A stretch of DNA of 62,943 bases, counting the filler, from Folioceros fuciformis (taxonomy: Eukaryota), in assembly GCA_049999805.1 (NCBI GenBank). It is 15 parts of 15 records of this genome, joined end to end, with 100 filler letters (N's around TTAATTAATTAA, not from the genome) between each part and the next. Parts side by side here need not be neighbours in the genome. Positions count along the whole stretch, not along the records: positions 1 to 7,744 come from JBNGIO010002075.1; positions 7,845 to 11,371 come from JBNGIO010002077.1; positions 11,472 to 13,699 come from JBNGIO010002078.1; 12 more parts are not named here. One strand, written 5' to 3'. The position numbers were made by a program, and so were the translations under genes. Below are positions 1-11,761 of this stretch, in pieces. Below the pieces are notes generated by a model. The model had not been told where the DNA came from and did not search any database. It saw only the letters and a program-made list of their open reading frames with translations. Position 1 is the first letter of the stretch; each line of letters opens with the position of its first letter.

Positions 1-2085
1 GGAACCTTCTCTTGCCATGAGCCTCCTCCAGCGTTTACCGAGCTCCAGCTACCTGATCCTGCTGTCCGAGCACTCTGTGCTTTCGAGGCAAGCTCTCCTT
101 ACTCCAAATTATCAGCAAAATCCCGTGACAGGTGCGATGTGGTTCGAGCAGAGCTACCACGGACAGAGATCTGCTGATCGCGGGCTGCCGATGCTCTCGC
201 TGGTCTGGACTTTGAGGTGTTAAGGACAAAAACAACAAGACGTCCTCCCATAATTTCCGAGCATTCCTCGTAGGAGAGGTCGCTCTTTAACAGCTCCAGG
301 TACAACCGGGACGAAGGGATCGGCGGCCGGGATCGGATGTAACATGGCCTTCCTCCTACATCCCGTAAGCAACCGGAGTTTGCGACGGTGTAGTCGAGCC
401 GGGCCGCACTTAGCGGGAGCCAATCTCCCTCGTGTTCAGATCGATGCCTGCAGGATGGGAATCCAGCGCAGTACCGTCACAGCGTCTTGGAATTTTTCTC
501 AGTTCTCTGTAGAGCGCACAACATTATCAAAGCATAGGAGAAGCAAAAAATCACGGTGACTCTCTGATCTGTGCTTCGTACATGCAGTGATCACTGTAGG
601 ACCACGTATGCTCAATATCCTCCTTCGCTTCCTGCAGTTACTTCCGTTGTTCCCCATCTAGAATGGGTCAGCGATTGGCGATTCCAAAAAGGAAATCCGC
701 ACCAAGGTCCTCTTCCTGCTCTCAACAGGGCCCTACTGTTGCAGCGTGAAACTGTTCTTACCTCTCTCGTATTTTGATGTTGGTCTGAACTTTTGTTCTG
801 GCAAATGTGTTCATTGTTGGAGTCGCCCGGACTCCACTAGAGTTTGAGTGGTTGACTTGCCTCGTTATCTGCAACAAAGCTTGGATCTATTGCCATCCAG
901 GGTACGTGTAGTTAGTCTTCGCACCCTTGTTTATCTCTGTCATCTACTCCAATTGCCTCTTATCTTGTTGATGGTGGACATCTCAAGTAAGCAGCTGCGA
1001 TCGCTAGATTGGGAGTGGACCCAGGGTTGGTGCACGAATTTTTCTGGAAATGCCCACAGTGTAGGTCTTGGTCAAGCTCCAGCAGGACAGGCCGCATTGG
1101 GTGCAGGATTGCCAAATACTGTTGTCTGCTCAACGGTCAAGAAAGTCTGAGCATCTGGAATGAAAGGTCAGTCGTTCATTTAGGCTTGTCATTCCCCTAG
1201 CCACCTTAGTTTGATCAATGACTCGCTTCTGTTGTCGTCAGTTAAAAGCTCTTGCCTCTGGTTTCACAGACGTCCTCAGTTGCTGGGGCTCTGACAGGAT
1301 ACGGGTCTCACCACAGCAACAAGTCTCGCTGCTCGAAGTATCCAGCTGGGTTTAAGTTACGTTGTTATAGCTGGAGGCATGGAAAGCATAACAAACGCTC
1401 CTTACCGCGTAAACTAAAGCTCGGTATGGTTCACGCTGTGTTTTCTGCACTGCGTTCTGTAATCTTTCCATTGTGGGTCCTTTGGTCAAGATGGTCTGTT
1501 GCGCGGTGGTTTGGATGCATTGCAGGTATGAAGAGATAGGCAAAAGCATGAACATCACCAGTCAGCAATTTTGATCGCAAGGGGGCGTTTGCCCTAAATG
1601 TCTTGGGTTCACGTTTAGGCAATGTCTTCGCTATGGACACGGAGAAGATGTACATGGATTGGTGAAGGACGGCCTTTGGGACGTGTATAATTATTATGCC
1701 GTGGGAAATGCAGCCGAGCTGTGTGCTGAGGAGCATGAGATTGGAAGAGTTCAGGTGTAGAACCAGTTGCAAAAGTGTGCCTATCAGGTGTCAGTTGGTT
1801 GATCGCAAATTCAAGACGTGTGATTTCAGGAGGACCATGCTATCCAGAGCTATGAGCGTGGGTTTGCTGCAGAAAAAGCTCACGCATTTGATGACGAAAT
1901 GGTGGTGTCAGTAAGGTTAACCGGTGAAATCTTTTGAGTGCGGCTTTGTCAGCTGACCAACAACTCTTAGCTGTTTTACTCACAAGATGCTCAACATTGT
2001 AGGATGCACCCCATTGTACATTTTCCTAGTGTCTTGCACACTGACAAGCAGTGTGTAGAGCTTAGTAATCGCATTCGAGGTGACC

Positions 2086-4142
2086 TCAAAAGTGCAGAGT
2101 ACGTACCTTAGTGTTTGGTGAGAGATCCGTACCCTCCCCGCATCTGATTAACAGGGGCTCCTTGATTTGAGAATCCAGGGGCTCGTATGGAAGGTTCCCA
2201 GGTGGAAGGAGACTCCTCTGCCTTGCCTCGTTCTTGGATTGAACTTTGCCCCATGTGATGAGGTAGAGGCCCGACATTACAGCTAAGGCCCCTAGCAAAC
2301 TGCATTGCTCACCATGTTGGCGTCAGTGACGAAGGAGCTCTCTTGATGCAGGAGCAGATCTAAGGCCGAGGGGACTTGGGAGTATGAGAAGACTAGCCTG
2401 CCAAGGTAAAGAACTTCGCCTATGAAGACGAGGCCTAATATGGCTGACGCGAATGGCTGCAATGGGGTGTAGGCAGCCACCAGAAACGGCCCGCACCTTT
2501 GAAACGCCCAGGCGCTCACTGCGTAGGTGAGAGTTGATATCATGGTTCCCTGCAGCACAACAAACAAACGAGACCTGGATAAAATAGCCTGACTCGCGAA
2601 GGGGAGAACAAGAAGATTCATCACCACATATCCCACATAGCTACGAGGGCGTAAGGGCATGTGTAGGGCAGAGCATAGCAAGGCTTACCGCATAGGCGAT
2701 GGCGACAATGTCAAGAATGCTAGTCAGTTTCCAGGCGGAGGAGTCCTTGACTGTAAATGTCCCGCTCACAAGCAGCAGCACAGATCCAAAGAGCATGGTA
2801 ACAGCTGTTTCAGAAACTGGCGAGGGATACCTGTGCAGAATAGGAGCCTGTGCACAACACAGAAAGCATGAATACGTCCTCAGTTAAATTTGCACGCAGA
2901 CCACACACTCCAGAACATCGCCCAACCAAGGAACAGATAGTTCTTCTTCCCACCTGCAAATTCGTGTATACGCCTACACAGATGGTGTTTGCGACGAGGC
3001 ATGCTGACCCGACTTGCCAAGCTGTGATGCCATGCTTCAGCGCAGCGGAAACAACAAAAGGTGGTGTGTGGCGAGCCAGTTTTTCCGCTGACCCATGCCC
3101 CAGTTTAGACGATTCGGATCCCAGAAGGATGGGTCCTTGATACAACGTCATGAGCAAGGCACCAGCCAGAGAGAAGCCGATCCCCAGCAACTTCGCCTGC
3201 CCATGCCGCTGTGCGAACTTTATGTCCTCGATTCTGAGAAGGAATCACACACACCATCCACCACCCATGAGCACGAAGGCCAAGACCCAAGGCCACCCAT
3301 TTTGCTCTATCCACTGCGCTCCACCACATCACCTGGAAATGTACGCTATGAGGAAGGTGAAAATGGGGATCGCGGTCTGCATTGCGGCAGCATATCCCGC
3401 CGAGGTGAGAGCCATTCCTGTGTAAAACAACACCTGATTTCCGAAAATCCTGCAACCAAGAAGCAACAGAGACATCAAACCGAGTTCGAATTCAAGTTCA
3501 AGTGTTGCGGGTAACGTCTCGAGCTGATGAGTCACGAGGAGTCCTGCGCGCACATCCTAAGGGCGACTTGGGACAAGGGAAAGAGGAGGCCACGACGTCG
3601 GCCACTTGGCCGTGAAAACGGAAATGACCTCTTGGCAACGAAGTATCGAACAAAAAAGCAGCAGCGTGAAGCGTTCAGAGTGGAAGCACCCGCTGAGGGC
3701 GGTCAGACAGATCAAGTTGATGAGTCCAGAATCAATCAATCCCAAGGCCAACCTACGTCACAAGAACGGGTCCTCATCTTCACGTACCCGAAGAATCCTG
3801 CCAGGAATATGACGAAAGTAACGTACCCCGTGAGAGGAGTCGCCCGCCTGCAGCAATGACATTCGAATGCGTGACTACCATGAAATGAGAAACACACTTC
3901 CACACACCCCAAACACTCCTTGCCAGCGCAAACTGAACGACTTCACCCTCGCCATACTTCTCCAGAAAGTACGCAGCTACGGTAAGGAGGATCGTCCCGA
4001 GCGCACTCCGGTACACCGCGAACACGAACGGGTCGCTTCCGTTGCTCAGCGATGCTTCGGCGAGAACGTAGAAGCCGGAGATCCCCAGCTGGCTCCCCAC
4101 CAGAGCGGCATGGACCTTCCACATGGCATCGTCATCGCCCAT
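2086..4142 (-). CDS. WAT1-related / UMAMIT (nodulin MtN21, EamA) transporter, multi-exon
   Basis: Exon translations MGDDDAMWKVHAALVGSQLGISGFYVLAEASLSNGSDPFVFAVYRS, IFGNQVLFYTGMALTSAGYAAAMQTAIPIFTFLIA, KLLGIGFSLAGALLMTLYQGP, GPFLVAAYTPLQP..LYLG and GLYLITWGK are typical of the family. GT-AG introns lie between them. The 3' end is approximate (a last intron after 2107 is possible). Confidence 0.9.
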
Positions 4143-4849
4143 GATTCCCCTCGGCTCAGACGGCTTCCGTCCTGCTGCCACCCACACAGCCCAACATGAA
4201 TCCTTGAGACGTCCATACCACGATTCACGGCTCCATACAACCAGATTCACGATTCACAAATCCATGGCAAGTTAACACTTCGAACGAACGGGAAATCGTT
4301 TGATTCGCGGGTTGATGCTGGTCATCGCATTTCAACAATCCTATCGCACTCCTGCCTTATCTCCTGCTCGCGCTCCATCAACGCCTGGTGGAGGATGCGA
4401 GGCATCGCACCAGATTCTCGGTACCCAACTTTGTGCACCATCGACACCAGGAGGAATTCCGAAATCGCGATAAAATTCTCTGGGAAATATCATTTGGATG
4501 CACCAAGTGAGGGCCTTCCCACGGAAAGGCTGCTGCACAGCCTAAGGTGTATGGCCCTCGAGAAGGACAGGCTGCAGGAGACTCCTGCAAAGCCATCCCC
4601 CAAAAATCCCGTACAGTGTCGCAATCTGGTGCCTCGTGGCGATGGGCTAACTTAGGCGATGTAATACATTATTGTTTAATAATTGATTGAACTAGTTAGA
4701 AGAGGAGTACGTTCGTGAGAAGCATGCATAAAATATGCAGCCCTGATAGGAATAGCAGCAGGAATCTAATCTCTTGTCTGTTCTTGTTGACTAATCGTTA
4801 AGTATTAAAGAACAGCCTCTTATTTGTTCTGTTCTATTAAAGAAGAACC

Positions 4850-5004
4850 TCTGAGTGTTGTCTATGAGACCTCCTAAGAGAAGAACTTCTGAGTGTTGTC
4901 TATGAGATCTCGTAAGAGTGGAAGGCCAACTACTTGGAGGCCTAGGGCTGTGAGTGTTGCCTATGAGACCTCCTAAGAGAGAAGAGCAAGCTACTTGGAG
5001 GCTT
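4850..5004. repeat. Degenerate tandem repeat (GAGTGTTGTCTATGAGACCTCCTAAGAG core, about 3 copies)
   Basis: The core is repeated three times, with two CTACTTGGAGGC copies interspersed. Confidence 0.7.
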
Positions 5005-5447
5005 AGTGGTGGAGTATAGTGTTGCACTTACTTTTTCTTTGGACTTTGCATTTTGTTCCAGTCCAGTGGAAGGGCGAGTTATAGAAATGCAGAAGTTTTA
5101 TTGCATGGCAAAAAGTAATCTCTATCTTAGGATTACATAACAAAATGCTAATCTACTTCTAAGATAGAGCTTCCAAAACTTGGTTACTTCTACTACAAGC
5201 CTTGGAACTCCTGCTTACCCCTAAAATTCTTGCTGAGCAACACTTGTGAGATTCTTTGAAGGGTGTTGTACATGTTCTCGTCATGGCATTGGTCATCCCT
5301 CCCAAAACAAATTGACACCTCAAATTTCTCTCTTTGTTCCTTTGGATGTCTTGTAGCAGAAGCCAGGCCTTAAGAAAAGGAGGAAGTGAAAAGGTCAAAG
5401 AACCCCTCTAGTCTTTGATCTTCGAAAGTGCCAATTCCAAAATTATT

Positions 5448-5735
5448 TCAAAAGAAGCAGTAGTAGCACATCTCAATGAAGATCATCCCCAATGCACAAA
5501 TGAGAACTATAGAATCATCTTCTATGAGATCTATGAGATCTGATTCCACATTAAGAGAAGGTTTTAATGGTGGCTGGCGCACACACAATGGACATACACT
5601 TTTGGATTGATGCATTTGGGAAATACACGCAGAGTGAAAGAGATGACCACATGCTAACAATGTTGTGGGTCCCAAACTACTGTCAAATTCCATGAGACAA
5701 AGACAGATACAACATAACTCCTGATTCTCAGCCAT
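5448..5735 (-). CDS. Intronless RING-H2 zinc finger protein (short, possibly truncated)
   Basis: MAENQELCCICLCL...ACGHLFHSACISQ...VCPLC fits the C3H2C3 spacing. AT-rich context. Confidence 0.65.
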   Translation of the reverse strand: MAENQELCCICLCLMEFDSSLGPTTLLACGHLFHSACISQMHQSKSVCPLCVRQPPLKPSLNVESDLIDLIEDDSIVLICALGMIFIEMCYYCFF

Positions 5736-6478
5736 ATATCTAGATCTGAAGAAAACTTGCTTGCAGGGACAGTGGCAGACAAACAAATGTAGTGTGTGGA
5801 AGGATATAAAGACTCCACAAAGAAGAGAAGAATGTGGACCCTGATAATAATCACAATATTATTCTTCAATATAAATTAGTAGGAAGAGGGACATATATAG
5901 TCATTCATGATAATATTCTTTCTTGATAACTTGTTGCTTTATACCCAAAAAGAGTGGCTCCCATGGAAAAAGAGACAGAAGCAACAAATGAAGAATGCAC
6001 ACAAAACAAAGCAAGTGTCCAAAGCGCGAACCGAGCACAAGTCATCTTTGTAGCATGCCATTGGTATACATTAGGGAATGAGATGGGTGGCACCTCATCA
6101 GAACAATAAAGTGATACACATCTTAAGGAATTTAGGGTGTGATGTTTACATCTTGTGCAATTCTTAATCCACTGTAAGGTTGGGAGGATTAGCGATCACA
6201 GTGAAGTTCCACTTCATTCTTTGAAATTCTTGACCATGGAGTCTCAATGAACTAATGCTCAAATGTCACTCACTGAAAGGAGGACATAAAAAGGTTTCCT
6301 TTCCCTTCTTGTGTAGAAAACAATGTTCCTTCTCTATGGCCGAGAATTATTAACAAGAAAAAAAATATATTCACCCATGCTGATGACTATATATGTAAGT
6401 CATTGTATACATTCTAAACAATGTGTGAAGATCATCAAAAGTCTCAAGATCATATAGCCGGATCCTTGTGAGCTCAAG

Positions 6479-6757
6479 ATGGCTAATTACAGGATCTTTC
6501 ATTTTGGAAATGCGACGAAAAGGGTTTACAATGGTGTTGAAGTAATGGAATGCACCATTTGTTTGGAAAATATAAACAACCTTGATAGGATCATGTGCTT
6601 AGACTCATGTTCTCATTCCTTTCATGAGAACTGCCTTACCAGATGGCTAAATAGCTATAATGATAATCGCCTATGTCGATGCCCCAATTGCAGAGGACTA
6701 ATATTTCAAATTGATAATATTCCCATCCCTCGTAATCAAGGCCAAGGCCAAGGCCAA

Positions 6758-6802
<45 letters not shown>

Positions 6803-6967
6803 CGTGTGATTCGTAGGATCCGTAATGATGGTGAAGCTAACATGATCCGTAATGACGATAACTTAATCCCTCGTCGTCCTCGTGGTGACGCCAATATGAT
6901 CCTTAATAATGAGGATTTTATTCGAAGCATTAGAGCGCTTCTTGATCTATGGGATCTTCGACAATGA
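6479..6967 (+). CDS. Intronless RING-H2 E3 ligase-like protein with (QG)11 repeat, 162 aa
   Basis: CTICLE...CSHSFHENCLTRWL...CPNC. CAAGGY x11 at 6737-6802. TATA-like element at about 6388. Confidence 0.8.
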
Positions 6968-7281
6968 TTTTAATGATTTTATCCTTCATCATTTGATCGT
7001 TTTTCGGCACCTTTTTCTGCATATATATAGGTCTTTTGACAACAATTTTAGGGGTATATGGGCTTTCCCATCTTGTTTTTTTAAAATAAATAAATTTTTT
7101 TTATAGGTTATTCAGCAGTTGACTCTAAGCCTAAGGAGACCTTGACCATTGCTACACTTCGCACGCTCTTCACGTGAAAGGGGTTTTTATTTTATTTAGT
7201 AATGGACACAAGGCAAGGGAATTCATTAGGAGTGCCCTTTTTTCTCAACTTTTTTTTGTCATTGTGCATTTTCAAACAGTC

Positions 7282-7440
7282 TTCTATTACCTCAGCATTT
7301 TGGAATGCTTTTTCTCATTTATGGTTGATGACACTCATATTCTATTACCTCAGCATTTTGAGAATACCTTTTCCCCATTTATGGTTGAGCATTTTGAGAA
7401 TGCCTTTTCCCCATTTATGGTTGATGATACTCATATCCTT
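7282..7440. repeat. About 60-bp degenerate tandem repeat
   Basis: TTCTATTACCTCAGCATTTTG...CATTTATGGTTGA repeated 2-3 times. Confidence 0.65.
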
Positions 7441-7744
7441 GGCCAAAGAGACAAGATAAAGACAACCTTCAATCTCTTCTTTCTCTATCTTAAGAAGAAC
7501 TTTAGAGGCCTTTAGAGGCTTGAAGCCATGTCTCCTTTTTAACTCCTAGAGTCGTCGGGCCTTATTAAGCCAGCTTGCTCAAATAAAAACTTCGATGACT
7601 AGCCTTCCCGCATACAGTCCGCATTGTTCAGAGCGTGGCTCCCTCGTAAACGCATCTTGTCTTCTGAAAACACCTAACGTTGCGATAACGGAAATTGCGT
7701 CTTACTGGACTATCATCAACAAGATACCGAGCTTTGGCGTGGCG

Positions 7745-7844
7745 NNNNNNNNNNNNNNNNNNNNNNNNNNNNNNNNNNNNNNNNNNNNTTAATTAATTAA
7801 NNNNNNNNNNNNNNNNNNNNNNNNNNNNNNNNNNNNNNNNNNNN
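7745..7844. other. Artificial scaffolding linker N44-TTAATTAATTAA-N44 (first of 14)
   Basis: Identical 100-bp units with six-frame stops at 7745, 11372, 13700, 23792, 25748, 27901, 29881, 31745, 37873, 42944, 47382, 49293, 55976 and 59172. Confidence 0.98.
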
Positions 7845-8032
7845 GGGTAGTTGAACCTATAGGTAGTGGAGCTGGGGTAGTTGAAGTCCAACCTGGGTAG
7901 TAACTGACTTTTAGAAGAAACCTGTGTTATTTGACACAAGTCATTCCCTTGGGATCGAATCCCGGTGCTATAACGACAAAGAGGGTTTGTGTGGACCTCG
8001 CGGTACCCCCGGGTACAATATTTTCCCCCACA
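7845..8032 (+). mobile_element. 3' end (U5) of Gypsy LTR family A, inserted into a Gypsy integrase
   Basis: Ends in ...CCACA. Near-identical terminal 100 bp at 10782(-), 12642(-) and 47551-47651(+). Confidence 0.8.
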
Positions 8033-10070
8033 GAAGTCATCACTCACCTAGCGGAGCACTTCAACGTGCAACACTGACAGACTACCCCTTACAATCCAAA
8101 GGCGAATGGGCTGACAGAGAAAGCAAACGGGCTCCTCTGCCGGATACTGAACAAGTTGACAGTGGAGTATGCTTACGACTGGGACCTTAAGCTCCACTCA
8201 GCATCATGGGCGTATAGGACCATAGAGAGAATCACCACTCAGAAGACGCCCTACTACCTCACTTATGGGCATCACCCGGTGATGCCTGAGGAGTTCGAAG
8301 TCCCGACCTTGCGGATCTAGAGAGAAAACCAAATGTTAGTGGAAGAAAGTCAGCTGGAGCGCATGGTCAGTTTCGTACAACACACTGAAGATAGGGAGTA
8401 GGCACTGGAGGAGATGCAGGCCAAGAGAAAGGAGTGGCACGACCACAAGCTGAGGAAGCAGAAGTGGGTGGTACTTGGAGATCTAGCCCTGCTATCCGAC
8501 AACAAGTATATGCACTTCCCGGGGAAGTTGCATATGAGGTGGATGGGGCCCTACAAGGTAATTGAAGTTGTGACTATGGGTCCGTTCAACTATAGGAGAT
8601 GGACGGACAGTCACTGCCAACCAGAGTCAATGGTTGGCGAGTGAAGAAATATTACGTGTAGGTTGGCAGGGACGCCAACAAATGAGAAGGGGAGTATGTA
8701 GAGGAAAAAAACTTTCGGGACTCCCATTTTGAAGGACGGAATGAACAGGTTGTGATTTTTTTTGTGAGAATGCGAGTGAATCGGCTTAGTATGAGTATAA
8801 GACTTGGGTATTTATACCTAAAGTCTCCTTGGCCCTTGGTGTTTCGTTGGGATTGAGTGACAGGACCAAGGGGAAGTGTGAGCAAGAGTGTCCTTGGCCC
8901 TTGGTGGTTTAGGGACACTCAGGTGTTTATATATGCACCCCCCCCCCAAAAAAAAAAAAAGAAAATAGGAAGAAGGGGTAGGGGCTTAGGAAGTTGTGGA
9001 CTTAGGCAAAAATTGGGGTGTTGTGATGTGGCGACGGTAGCCGGTCGGGCGACCGTCGTAGATGGGGAACCGACGCTAGCCCAACCGGTGGTAGTGGAAC
9101 GGGAACGACAGTATAAAACCCTAGAGGAAGTCAAGGGGGACTTGGGCAGTAATCGAGGCAGGAGTGTCTGCGAGCTGGAGCGAGAGCGGGAGTAGCCGTG
9201 GAGCGCGACGACGGTCGGGAGCGGAGCGGGCAGAGGACGTTGGGCGACCATAGGTGCAGGAGGGCAGCGGCGTTCGGAGCACGAGAGGATATCAGGCAAG
9301 ATGAGGTCTCGTCCAGAGTTCGTGCACGAGGTTGTTAAGGGGAGCAAGGTGGATTGGGGGAAAATCCTGTATGCCAGGATGCATGAGAAGAGGCAGAATC
9401 TGACCCTGTCCTCTTCTCGGCCTTCGATGATCTCTCCCTTCCTAATCCATATCTACTGCTATGCTAACCTCGTGTCTGAACTGGAGGTGCTAGCCTCACT
9501 GCATATGTGGAGGCCAATAAGGGATGTGAAGTGGAAGCCTGCCGAGCCAGAGAAAGCCGACTCTAGCAGCTGGGAGTCGGGCGGCACGGACAGCTCAGAG
9601 GAGGAGACCCCCATCAGGCAGAAGAGGAAGGCGGGGGCAGGGAAGAAGACTCCTGCCAAGAGAAGACGGGCCAGTGGGCAGATTGCCAGAAGGGGAAATG
9701 GGTCAGCGCCACAGGAGGCAGCCCCAGAGCAGGCTGAGCAGGAGCATGAAGCTGCTCAAGAGCCAGCAGACCAAGAGCCAGCGGAGCAGGAACAGAACGA
9801 GGAGGAGACATAAGCACCTCGGGAGCAAGTGTCAGAAATGGAAGTGGTCTCTCCTGGGGTCACGAGCAAATTAGGGCACGTTCCGGAGCAGGAAGTCTTC
9901 CCAGAGTGGGAAGATGTTTTTAGAAAAATCCCGTAGGTGGATAGGGTGCAGGCAGGGGAGCTGGAGAAGCTACGAGCACTGTTGGGGAGGCAGATAACCA
10001 AGAGGGGAATGGCCCCTGTGGAGTCGCAGGAGGTGGATCTGCCGGGACTAACCTCAGCTATGGTGCAGTG
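8033..10070 (+). mobile_element. Decayed Ty3/Gypsy element: integrase C-terminus, PPT (8682-8696), LTR from 8697 with embedded ORF
   Basis: TTPYNPKANGLTE, AYRT and GKLHMRWMGPYKV (GPY/F) motifs with stops. ATGAGAAGGGGAGTA is followed by TGT, the same PPT as at 48981. Confidence 0.85.
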
Positions 10071-10396
10071 CTCAAGTAGTGAGAGCATTGACAATGAGTT
10101 TGGCATTTCGTATGTGGAAACGCCAGGTGTTAAGGAGCAACGATATGCAAGGCAGGTTCAAACTAAACCAAGACCAAGGAGATCTAAGAGGGTTAGGAGA
10201 CCCATTGATAGGTACACCTATACAAGCTACAATGCGCAACATTATGCGTATATGACAAGGGTCACAGCTTGTAAGGAGCCAACCAAGTTTGCTAAGGCAG
10301 TGACAGATGATAAGTGGCGTCAAACCATGGATGAAGAATACTCAGCATTAGTTGAGAACGGAACGTGGGATTTGGTTCAATTGCTTGATGGCAAGG
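10071..10396 (+). mobile_element. Ty1/Copia fragment (INT-RT linker, start of RT)
   Basis: PRRSKRVRRP..EPTKF..W..MDEEYSALVENGTWDLV. Near-identical to 26388-26713. Confidence 0.85.
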
Positions 10397-10781
10397 TGTG
10401 GAGTCCACATGACGAGCAGATCCCCTAGGAAATGACAGAGTTTGTTTTTTTTTTTTGTTGGTTTTCTGATTGAAATTCGTGGACGAGTGGTTAGAAGATT
10501 AGGTTAGATTAGAGGTTAGATTAACGGTGAGTCGATAGGGGTTTGGTGGGATGTGTGGTAGGTAGGCCACGGGTCTAGGTCCCCTTGGCGAGGTTGTTGA
10601 GATGTGTGTGGAGCCCTAGATCTGTGGGTAGGAGGCGAGTGGGGTTCCATGGAGCGGGCAGGTAGTACACGAGGATGGCTAGCCGGAACACGGTGGATTG
10701 AGATTGAGGAGCAGCAAGCAGGTCTGGGCACTTCGAGTTGACTCGGGCATGGTGGCTGGCCAGATCGGGGCTAGCAGGAGG
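10397..10781 (+). mobile_element. 5' part of Gypsy family A LTR inserted into Copia RT
   Basis: Starts TGTGGAGTCCACA and is homologous to the post-PPT LTR start at 48996. Confidence 0.75.
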
Positions 10782-11371
10782 TGTGGGGTTAAAATATGGT
10801 ACCCGAGGGTACCGCGAGGTCCACACAAGCCCTCTATGTCGTTGTAGCTCTGGGATTCGATCCCAAGGGAATGATTTGTGTTAAACTACACAGGTTAGCT
10901 TCTAAAGTCAACCAACACCTAAAACTCGACTGACCCACACACACGCGTCCAGTGCTCGGACCTTACCAAGCCCCCTTACTTCTTCCTCTAGGCGACTCCC
11001 CTACCACTCGGTCGCTCTAGGGACTACCTCCCCTTGGACTACTCTTGGTTGCCCACTGGGCTACCCTCCGTTCCCCAGTGGACTACTACCGTTGTCTTTC
11101 GACTACCGGTAGCCGTTTCGGCTACCTCCGTGGTCTGTCAACTACCGGTAGCCGCTTTGGCTACCTCCGTGGTGGGTCCCACCCCAAACCCTAACTTATT
11201 ATTTCCGGTGCAGGTGCCGCCACGGGTTTCCAGCCACGGGTTTCTGCCTTAGACCTTCCAGACTCACAGAGCTGGGTTATTCCATGCTTCCCCACACATG
11301 CAAGGGCTGATCCTTGGGGAACAAAGCCTTGCGGATCAGCCACACCTCCCCACTCACTCATGCAACACTCC
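10782..11371 (-). mobile_element. Inverted family A LTR 3' part nested in the previous LTR
   Basis: Reverse complement of the family A U5 terminus. Confidence 0.8.
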
Positions 11372-11556
11372 NNNNNNNNNNNNNNNNNNNNNNNNNNNNN
11401 NNNNNNNNNNNNNNNTTAATTAATTAANNNNNNNNNNNNNNNNNNNNNNNNNNNNNNNNNNNNNNNNNNNNAAAATAAGTTGAAAAAGAAAACCAAACCA
11501 TACCACTATTAACCCTTTTTCAACCAAAACAAACTACTACCCCAAACTTTGGAGGT

Positions 11557-11760
11557 TCACACCCTCTTAGCGAAGTTCTTCACAAACCTTCGGTAGTAGC
11601 CAACCATCCCCAAGAGTCCTCTAAGTTCCTTCAGCATTGTGGGTGATTTGAGGGCGACTATCATCTTGACCTTGTCAGGATCCACCTCTATTCCTCTTGC
11701 CGAAATGCGGTGGCCCAACAAGATGCCCTCAGCCATACCCAAATAGCATATGTAGACGTA
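11557..11760 (-). mobile_element. Gypsy RT C-terminal fragment
   Basis: EGILLGHRISARGIEVDPDKV...LRGLLGMVGYYRRFVKNFAK. Confidence 0.85.
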
Positions 11761-11761
11761 A

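Noticed and set aside
1-1960. Possible spliced gene, or a C/D snoRNA (TGATGA about 1888, CTGA about 1953)
   Set aside because: Splice-like signals occur on both strands, but there is no coherent recognisable protein, terminal stem or rRNA guide.
5159-5398. SWIM-RING-like continuation (FVLGG...RILGVS) of the minus-strand RING gene
   Set aside because: The SWIM Cys/His ligands are not correctly spaced, and the resemblance may be chance.
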